Origin: a virus
Strand: one strand, 5' to 3'
Virus record (IMG/VR): IMGVR_UViG_3300023174_000050
Coordinates: 32,001-96,000 of that record
DNA: 64,000 nt
Below the pieces are notes generated by a model. That model had not been told where the DNA came from. It saw only the letters and a list, made by a program, of their open reading frames with translations, and did no database searches. Numbering within the stretch: the first letter of the stretch is position 1; each line of letters starts with the position of its first letter. This document shows, one piece after another, positions 57,025 through 64,000 of the stretch. The position numbers were made by a program, and so were the translations under genes.

Positions 57025-58746
57025 ATGGCAACAGCAGATACAGGCAATTCACAAGCATCAACTACAGATAATGCAATCTATGCAGGAGATCAATTACTAC
57101 AATTCCAAGTATCAGAAATGCCCGCTGGCACTAGAATATATGTGTATTGTAATGGGTTAGATATAACTTCTTTGTGTGCACCTATAACGTCGGGCGCTGC
57201 AATAGGAGACCCAATAGTAACAAATCAATTGGGGCAAACGGGAGGATATTTGTATATACCAAGTAACGATGGTAAATATAAATTTTTAACAGGTGAAATA
57301 TTATTGACATTTTCGGATAGCTCTACAGGAGTACAAAATTCAAAATATATTTCTGAAGCTATATTATATAATCATGGGATGAATTTAGTTAATACTGAAG
57401 AAGGTGGCACCGTTTCTTTAAGAAAAACAATAAAATTTAGAACAAATCCTTTGGGAAATGCGTTAGATATTAATACTTCTCAGTTAAGATTGGACCCATG
57501 TTCTCAAACATTTTTTGTAGAATCAACTAAATACCCTTTAGGCGTATACGTGACCGGTATTACATTATACGTTTTTGCAAAAGATCCATTATATCCTTTG
57601 GCAATAGAATTAAGACCAATGGACGGCGGCAAACCTTCGACTAAGGAATATATGGAAGGTAGCTATGTACTAAAAAATCCTTCAGATATACAAGTATATG
57701 ATACTGCGACAAATAATGCTGCACCCACAGATTTTACATTTAGACATCCAATATATTTGAAGCCCGGAGAATATGCTTTTTGCGTATTAACAAAATCTGG
57801 AAAATATCAGCTATTGGCAGCCTCAACGGATGCCGGCAAAACAGTAAAACAACCGTTTGCCGGAAGACTATTCAAGCCACAAAACACTGGAGAATGGGTT
57901 GAATCTTCTACTGAAGATTTGGCATTTGTTGTTAGAAAAGCAGCGTTTGAAACTGGGACTGTGACAATGGAGGCAAAAAATATAGCTATAAATGGCGGAT
58001 TAGAATATAATAGGTTTAGATTGTTATCTACTGCTATAGATTTTTCAGATACTGCCAGTGTCACTTATAATATAAAAACTAAAGATACCGGATCTAATTT
58101 GGTGAATGATCCTGTACAAATTTTACCAGGACTAAATGCAGATCTAGCAGGTAGACAAACTGTACAAAATGCAGGAGATATTGCTCTTCAAATTCAACTG
58201 ACAACAAAGGATAGAAATATTACTCCTATGTTGGATAAACAACTCATTCAAGCTCAAATATTTAGAACTGCAATAGATGAGTATAGCAAAACCATTTCTG
58301 ATAGTGAATTAAAATCAACAAATGGAAATGCGTTATCTAGATATATTAGCAAACCAGTCTCTCTTGCGGACGGGTTTGATTCTACGGGATTAGAAGTTAA
58401 ATTAAGTATTAGCAGACAAATAGGTACAGATGTAGATGTATTTTGTCGTGTATTATCGAGAAATGATAACAGTGTAACTAATGGTATATATGATAGACCA
58501 TGGTTACTTATGCCTCTTGTTTTACCAAAAGCAAAAACTTATTCAGGAACCGAAGAAATATATCAAGAAGAAACTTATAGAATAATTGAACCATTGTTGT
58601 CATATACTGCAACCTCACCAACCGGAACAGCAATTACTGGAACTTTTGACGATTTTGCATTTTATCAAATTAAGGTAGTATTCTATTCTAGTAATCCAGT
58701 CTATTTACCAAGACTCAGATCCATATCTGCAATATCAGTAATTTAA
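57025..58746 (+). CDS. virion structural protein (C-terminal VrlC-like part)
   Basis: DP.SQTF.V, G.YVT...L, F..P.YL.PGEYA, G.LFK.QN...W...EDL.F. Confidence 0.7.
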   Translation: MATADTGNSQASTTDNAIYAGDQLLQFQVSEMPAGTRIYVYCNGLDITSLCAPITSGAAIGDPIVTNQLGQTGGYLYIPSNDGKYKFLTGEILLTFSDSSTGVQNSKYISEAILYNHGMNLVNTEEGGTVSLRKTIKFRTNPLGNALDINTSQLRLDPCSQTFFVESTKYPLGVYVTGITLYVFAKDPLYPLAIELRPMDGGKPSTKEYMEGSYVLKNPSDIQVYDTATNNAAPTDFTFRHPIYLKPGEYAFCVLTKSGKYQLLAASTDAGKTVKQPFAGRLFKPQNTGEWVESSTEDLAFVVRKAAFETGTVTMEAKNIAINGGLEYNRFRLLSTAIDFSDTASVTYNIKTKDTGSNLVNDPVQILPGLNADLAGRQTVQNAGDIALQIQLTTKDRNITPMLDKQLIQAQIFRTAIDEYSKTISDSELKSTNGNALSRYISKPVSLADGFDSTGLEVKLSISRQIGTDVDVFCRVLSRNDNSVTNGIYDRPWLLMPLVLPKAKTYSGTEEIYQEETYRIIEPLLSYTATSPTGTAITGTFDDFAFYQIKVVFYSSNPVYLPRLRSISAISVI

Positions 58747-58747
58747 T

Positions 58748-58954
58748 ATGGAACAATTTTATGCACCCATTAAGGAAGATCCCGGATATGTTAAGGATAT
58801 AAGATCCAACGCATTATTGAATACAGATCTATCTGCATTACATGAATATAAACAAAAAAGAAAACAAGCAAAACTTATAACCTCTATGCAAGAAGAAATA
58901 AATATGTTAAAAGAAGAGCTTGAAAAAATTAAAACCCATCTTAAGATAAGTTAA
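58748..58954 (+). CDS. small coiled-coil protein
   Basis: GY.KD.RS.ALLN.D...IN.LKEEL. Confidence 0.65.
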   Translation: MEQFYAPIKEDPGYVKDIRSNALLNTDLSALHEYKQKRKQAKLITSMQEEINMLKEELEKIKTHLKIS

Positions 58955-58958
58955 CGCC

Positions 58959-60578
58959 ATGCCAAATATTAGAAATCTAGCCAATATAAATGTCGGATCA
59001 TCTCCAAATGCAGGGGACGGTGATGTATTACGAGAAGCATTTGTTAAGGTTAATAACAATATAAATGCAATATACAACAATGGTCAGTATAAGGCATTTA
59101 TTCCCGATAATAAAGATTTTCCGGGATACACTTGGGATGGAGATAATGATACTGGGATATATAGACCAGGTACAGGGCAAATAGGAGTAACATTAAATGG
59201 CACTCCTCATTTATTAATGAATGAAAGTGGATCCATACAATGGTTAGGTAACGAACTATCTACTCAAGATTATGTCAATCAACAAATTGCTCAATATACC
59301 GGCGGAGTTTATGGAGCAAATATTGTAGTCACAACAGGATCTGGTAATATTGCAGTTACCGTAAATGGTATACCTGTAGTTGCTACATTACCTACAGTAG
59401 GAAACTATGAAGGCAGAATTGCATATTATACCGGAGACATTTGGACATATTCTAGGTATCCTGTTGGTAATGGTGCAGGACTTAATGCAGATGCTGCCAT
59501 AGCAAGGGCTGCGGGATCAGACAGCAGGTGGGTTAGATTTAGAGGTGACCAAGCAATAACTATAGGATTGGTTCGTCCAGCAGCTGCGGCAGAGGGCACT
59601 ACATTTTATGAAACTGCTAATGCAAAAATATATGTTTACTTGGCTGGCCAATGGCAAACTCTATCAGGATTGATATCATCGAATTCACCTAAAGGACTAG
59701 ATGTTGCAATTAGTTTACCCTCAGTAGGTGATCCAAATAATTATACAGGTAGAACAATAGTAGTCGGCACATCTACATATATCTTTATATCTGGTGCATG
59801 GCAACTATTAGGTAACTATATTGGAGCTACCAGTAGCGCAAACACAGGATCCGGTATAAGTTTCGGAGCAACTTTACCGTTAACTGCAAATGTGGGTGAG
59901 CTATTTAGAAAAACAGGAAATAGTTCAGGATTATACATTTACGATACTGGTAATTGGTTTACATTACCTCAATATACTGCAAATGCTGGAACTGCAAGCA
60001 TAAGAACTTTAGCTGCTTTGCCCGCAGACGTTACTTATTATAATGCTGGAGATTTAATTATTGTAGGTGGTAAAACTTATATTTTAAATACCACTAAAAC
60101 TTCATGGGGATTATTTTCACCCGGGGCAAATACTACAGTACAAAATATAGTTTTAAATGCAGCACAAGTGGGGACTAGAGAATTAGCAAATTCTTCACTA
60201 ACACTAAATAAATTTATTGCCAATACTATTGCAGGTAGTATTTTAGTATCAAATACTATCACCACACGAGAATTATCAAATAACTCTGTCACCGCAATAA
60301 AACTTGCAGATAATGTTATTACATCCAATAAAATTCAAGCAGGTGTTATTACAGACAGAGAAATCGCAGGAAATTCCATAAGCGGTAGTAAAATAATTGC
60401 AGGATCCATTACATCCAGAGAGTTAGGAACTAGCAGTATATCTGCAAGTTCTATTTCCGCAAATTCTCTTTCTCAAATATCTCAAAATGCAGGAACTATT
60501 ACATCTGGGATTTTTAGATCTGCAGATGGCAAAATGATTATAGATTTGAATAGTAAATTTATTAGAATTGAAATATAA
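58959..60578 (+). CDS. tail fibre/short fibre-like protein
   Basis: INVGSSPNAGDGDVLR.AF.K.N.N baseplate anchor; LP....G repeats; IT..EL repeats. Confidence 0.7.
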   Translation: MPNIRNLANINVGSSPNAGDGDVLREAFVKVNNNINAIYNNGQYKAFIPDNKDFPGYTWDGDNDTGIYRPGTGQIGVTLNGTPHLLMNESGSIQWLGNELSTQDYVNQQIAQYTGGVYGANIVVTTGSGNIAVTVNGIPVVATLPTVGNYEGRIAYYTGDIWTYSRYPVGNGAGLNADAAIARAAGSDSRWVRFRGDQAITIGLVRPAAAAEGTTFYETANAKIYVYLAGQWQTLSGLISSNSPKGLDVAISLPSVGDPNNYTGRTIVVGTSTYIFISGAWQLLGNYIGATSSANTGSGISFGATLPLTANVGELFRKTGNSSGLYIYDTGNWFTLPQYTANAGTASIRTLAALPADVTYYNAGDLIIVGGKTYILNTTKTSWGLFSPGANTTVQNIVLNAAQVGTRELANSSLTLNKFIANTIAGSILVSNTITTRELSNNSVTAIKLADNVITSNKIQAGVITDREIAGNSISGSKIIAGSITSRELGTSSISASSISANSLSQISQNAGTITSGIFRSADGKMIIDLNSKFIRIEI

Positions 60579-60581
60579 TTT

Positions 60582-61052
60582 ATGACTACAAATGTTTTAT
60601 GGGCAGGTAATATTGCAGGTGCACCTGTTGTAACTATTTTCAATAATCCTCCTGAAGAAAAAGGAAATAATAAACCGGTATATAATAGATTTGATAATTT
60701 AGATAAAATTTATTTTGATTCCAGATTTAATTATATTAATTTGGTTTGGCAGTCGGATTTAACTTTTGCCTTTAGTAATGTCACAATAGGAAATTCGGGA
60801 CAGAAAACAACAACTATAGGATATCATAATTTGGGGTACACACCCGCAGGAATTTTGATAGATAGCGACACCAGGGAAATAGTAACAAACAACTATATAC
60901 AAATAGTGAATTTGGATTCTTCTAGAAAAATATCTTTACTAATAGATTCTGTAAGATTTTATCTCAAAGAAGATTACGAAAGTCCCAGTGCAGATTTACC
61001 AGCACTAACCAAACGATATACAATACTTGGGTTTAATACCCCCGCAAATTAA
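60582..61052 (+). CDS. hypothetical structural protein
   Basis: ORF in fibre module. Confidence 0.6.
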   Translation: MTTNVLWAGNIAGAPVVTIFNNPPEEKGNNKPVYNRFDNLDKIYFDSRFNYINLVWQSDLTFAFSNVTIGNSGQKTTTIGYHNLGYTPAGILIDSDTREIVTNNYIQIVNLDSSRKISLLIDSVRFYLKEDYESPSADLPALTKRYTILGFNTPAN

Positions 61053-61060
61053 TTAAAACC

Positions 61061-62203
61061 ATGGCAAACGTATATCTTTTAAATCTTTCAGAAAATTTAG
61101 TAACGTTAGGTAACGTATTCACTTCTGCACGATCTCATTTAATAAAAGATGAGATACAACCATCTAGTACTTCGGTTTTTGTTACAAAAATTTTAGCTTC
61201 GCCATCATTAAGAGTATATCAAGAAACTGATGAGGGGTTGTTATATAGTTCATATAATGATATAAACATTAGACAAGCATTAGGATCCGATGCGCCAGTC
61301 AATGGACCGTTTATTGAAAATTATTCATATGCTGGAGATTTAAATTTAGATAATTTTGTAAATTTATTACTAATAAACAAGCCTCCACTAAGAACAGGAT
61401 TTTTTAAATTCTCAGTTATTGGTATAACTTTTACTGGAATAATACGACAATTAACGCAGTATGATCATTATGATTGGACCAAAAATGCAGGCAAATATTC
61501 ATATACATTAATGCCTAATACTTTAGGATATGCAATAGAAATAAGTAAAAATTCACTATATACTGCAATTACAAATTCTGATGGCACATTTACATATAAT
61601 CCTACTGCCCTAAATTTGGCATTACGAAATTTAAAAGGTGACGAAGAAATAACTTCTACTGCATCTTCAGATGATCCAAATACGTATCTACAGAGTATAC
61701 CTGGAGCAAATGCTAAAATATCAGGTTCTTTGCCTATAAATTTATTTTATATTCCGCCAGAATATGCATTACGTTATATTGCTAGTTATGGTGATTTAAT
61801 TGACGCGTATGGTACAGATTATGCCAAAGGACAAGACCATTATGCAAGATATGGAGCACTTGAAGGTAGAATAATTTCTTTTAATCCGTTGGCATATCTA
61901 AACAAATATTCCGATTTGAGACGACAATTTGGTTATGACACTTATTCTGCAACAATACATTATATCACAACAGGATACTACGAGGGAAGAACAACAGATA
62001 ATTCAAGTGCATCAAATCCTTTATTGGGAGGATTAACTGATTCTAGAACTTCTACAGTTTTAACGGGAAACACTATTATTTGGCCATCCGGACCTACCAT
62101 GAGGGGAGAAGGCAGTTCTTTTGTATATAACTATAATGGCACAACATATTTTAAAAATAGTATACTAGAATTTACTAGTAATTTAATTTACCTAAGAGTT
62201 TAA
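61061..62203 (+). CDS. structural protein with bacterial surface-protein-like repeats
   Basis: Two Y...Y.DL...G.D....HY...G..EGR repeats. Confidence 0.65.
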   Translation: MANVYLLNLSENLVTLGNVFTSARSHLIKDEIQPSSTSVFVTKILASPSLRVYQETDEGLLYSSYNDINIRQALGSDAPVNGPFIENYSYAGDLNLDNFVNLLLINKPPLRTGFFKFSVIGITFTGIIRQLTQYDHYDWTKNAGKYSYTLMPNTLGYAIEISKNSLYTAITNSDGTFTYNPTALNLALRNLKGDEEITSTASSDDPNTYLQSIPGANAKISGSLPINLFYIPPEYALRYIASYGDLIDAYGTDYAKGQDHYARYGALEGRIISFNPLAYLNKYSDLRRQFGYDTYSATIHYITTGYYEGRTTDNSSASNPLLGGLTDSRTSTVLTGNTIIWPSGPTMRGEGSSFVYNYNGTTYFKNSILEFTSNLIYLRV

Positions 62204-62205
62204 TA

Positions 62206-62700
62206 ATGGGAATATCCTTAACTAAAACAGATCCTTTTACAATAAAAGATGACAAAGGAAATACTAGATTTTCCCTAAACGGAAGAATGCCGCATATTAT
62301 ACATAATTTATCTGGCAATGTTACAATACCCACAGTTTTAATAAATCAATTTACAGGTGAAGAAATTGTTAATAGAACTGACGTATTGGCAATAATTGCA
62401 AATACTTATATATCATCGGATTCTGCCAATAATTTTATTTTACCTTTAGTATCCATAACCGGGGGTATAGCAAATACGAATAGTAAAATTATGCCAGCAA
62501 TCGGTTCTACTTTACTTAGAAAAATACAGGGAGAGTTTTCCTCAGAATTTTTAGGTGGAACAATATTAGATTTTATTGCAGATAATGGAAATTTAAAAAT
62601 AGTATGTAATCACTTTTTTAACAGGACAAACAATCCAACAGTTGTTGGAGACGACATTATAAGTATATCTTATAGGGTTTACTACGGAAGATTTAATTAA
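62206..62700 (+). CDS. hypothetical structural protein
   Basis: ORF in fibre module. Confidence 0.6.
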   Translation: MGISLTKTDPFTIKDDKGNTRFSLNGRMPHIIHNLSGNVTIPTVLINQFTGEEIVNRTDVLAIIANTYISSDSANNFILPLVSITGGIANTNSKIMPAIGSTLLRKIQGEFSSEFLGGTILDFIADNGNLKIVCNHFFNRTNNPTVVGDDIISISYRVYYGRFN

Positions 62701-62712
62701 TAAATAACAAAT

Positions 62713-63042
62713 ATGGCAACCTATAAAAACTTATCTTTAGATCAAGGATCCTCTTTTACTGAATCTATTCAGTATTTAGATAGTTCTAAAACCCCTATAT
62801 CTTTGGTTGGATATACTGTAAAAAGTCAAATGAGAAAATCTTATTATTCTGCAAATGCCATAACTTTTGATACCATTTTAACTAACGGCGCGACAGGAAA
62901 TATAACTATATCTTTAAACTTTAATGCGACTGCAAACATTATACCGGGTAGATATGTGTACGATGTGAAAGCAAATACTGCAAATACTGCAATCAAAATA
63001 CAAGAAGGTATAATCACGGTTAATCCAGGAGTAACCAAATAA
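62713..63042 (+). CDS. small virion protein
   Basis: NL..DQG..F, SQMRKSYYS, GRYVYDV, EG...V.PGVT; usual position before gp13. Confidence 0.7.
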   Translation: MATYKNLSLDQGSSFTESIQYLDSSKTPISLVGYTVKSQMRKSYYSANAITFDTILTNGATGNITISLNFNATANIIPGRYVYDVKANTANTAIKIQEGIITVNPGVTK

Positions 63043-63785
63043 TGGCACAAGTAACAACCAGAGAACAATTAAAAGATTATTGCTTACGCAGATTAGGTTC
63101 ACCTGTCATTGAAATTAATGTGGACGACGATCAAGTTGAAGATCGTATAGATGATGCTTTTCAATTCTATAGAGAATATCATTATGATGCAGTAGAAATG
63201 GTTTATTTGAAGTACCAATTCACTCAACAAGATATAACAAACCAATATATACCTGTTCCTGATACTGTAGTAGGTGTAAATCGAATCCTACCGTTTAGTA
63301 ATAAATCTGATGGTACTAATATTTTCAGTATTAGATATCAAATTCTATTAAATGATCTATATAGTTTGATGTCGACTCAAATCATTTATTACTACCAAGT
63401 TAAACAAGAATTAGAATTAATTAATCAAGTACTTGTAGGGGTTAAACCGATAAGATTCAATAGACACATGAATCGTCTATACATAGATATGGACTGGACT
63501 GCTGATGCTGCAGTCGGCGATTACATTATTGTAGAATGTTATAGAATATTAGATCCCGAAACATATAGAGACGTATACAACGATATGTTTCTAAAGAGAT
63601 ATTGCACATCATTAATTAAGCGTCAATGGGGTGAGAACTTAAAGAAGTTTAACGGCGTTCAATTACCCGGCGGAGTAACAATTAATGCAGATCAGATATA
63701 TCAAGATGCATTAACTGAGATAACACAAATTGAATCTGAGATGCAATCAAGATTTGAATTACCAGTAGATTTCTTTACAGGATAA
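63042..63785 (+). CDS. gp13: neck protein
   Basis: R..LK.YCLRRLG.PVIEINVDDDQ, K.QWG.NL.KF.G.QLPGG. Confidence 0.95.
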   Translation: MAQVTTREQLKDYCLRRLGSPVIEINVDDDQVEDRIDDAFQFYREYHYDAVEMVYLKYQFTQQDITNQYIPVPDTVVGVNRILPFSNKSDGTNIFSIRYQILLNDLYSLMSTQIIYYYQVKQELELINQVLVGVKPIRFNRHMNRLYIDMDWTADAAVGDYIIVECYRILDPETYRDVYNDMFLKRYCTSLIKRQWGENLKKFNGVQLPGGVTINADQIYQDALTEITQIESEMQSRFELPVDFFTG

Positions 63786-63856
63786 AACTTAAGTACTTTA
63801 TTAACCGGGGTACATAGACAATGATAACATCGTGTCAATAGAAAGTCAATACAATT

Positions 63857-64000
63857 ATGGTTACTGTTAACCCTTATTTTCAATCTGGTAAGTCGATAGG
63901 TAGATCTTCTGAGCAGAGCTTATATGAGGATTTGATTATCGAATCCATGAAGATTTATGGCTTTGAAGTCTATTACTTGCCACGTAAATCTAACAGTTTG
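63857..64000 (+). CDS. gp14: neck protein (5' partial)
   Basis: NPYF...EQ.LYEDLIIES.KIYG..VYYLPR, runs off the window. Confidence 0.85.
   Translation, partial: MVTVNPYFQSGKSIGRSSEQSLYEDLIIESMKIYGFEVYYLPRKSNSL

Noticed and set aside
1-64000. tRNA, rRNA or CRISPR arrays
   Set aside because: No cloverleaf/T-loop signatures or regularly spaced repeat-spacer units seen by eye; tRNAscan-SE would be needed to exclude them fully
1-64000. Stop-codon reassignment
   Set aside because: Core genes (rnh, ligase, gp32, gp6, gp13) are full length in the standard code, and TAA, TAG and TGA all act as stops

Overview
A 64 kb fragment of a T4-like (contractile-tailed, probably aquatic) dsDNA phage genome in the standard genetic code. 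About 1-14.3 kb is a plus-strand accessory region of small ORFs driven by about 13 near-identical sigma70-type promoters. About 14.5-35.7 kb holds auxiliary-metabolic and DNA-metabolism genes (rnh, dsbA, ligase, phoH, GH19 endolysin, gp33, gp59, gp32). 35.7-40.3 kb is a minus-strand tail module, and 40.3-64 kb a plus-strand baseplate/fibre/neck module (gp48, 53, 5, 25, 6, 7, 8, 13, start of 14). Top observations: (1) a probable -1 programmed frameshift at T TTT TTC fusing gp26 to a start-less gp51, between a tail-tube-like and a tape-measure-like gene (lambda G/GT-like layout); (2) a PlcP-like phospholipase C plus Agt-like glycosyltransferase pair resembling the bacterial phosphorus-starvation lipid-remodelling module; (3) a coupled four-gene nucleotide-sugar cluster (cupin, C-methyltransferase, oxidoreductase with a likely CTG start, ArnA-like decarboxylase); (4) a heme oxygenase plus bilin reductase pair; (5) a repeated promoter cassette with an operator-like inverted repeat and leaderless starts. 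All product calls come from motif recognition by eye; no database searches were run.
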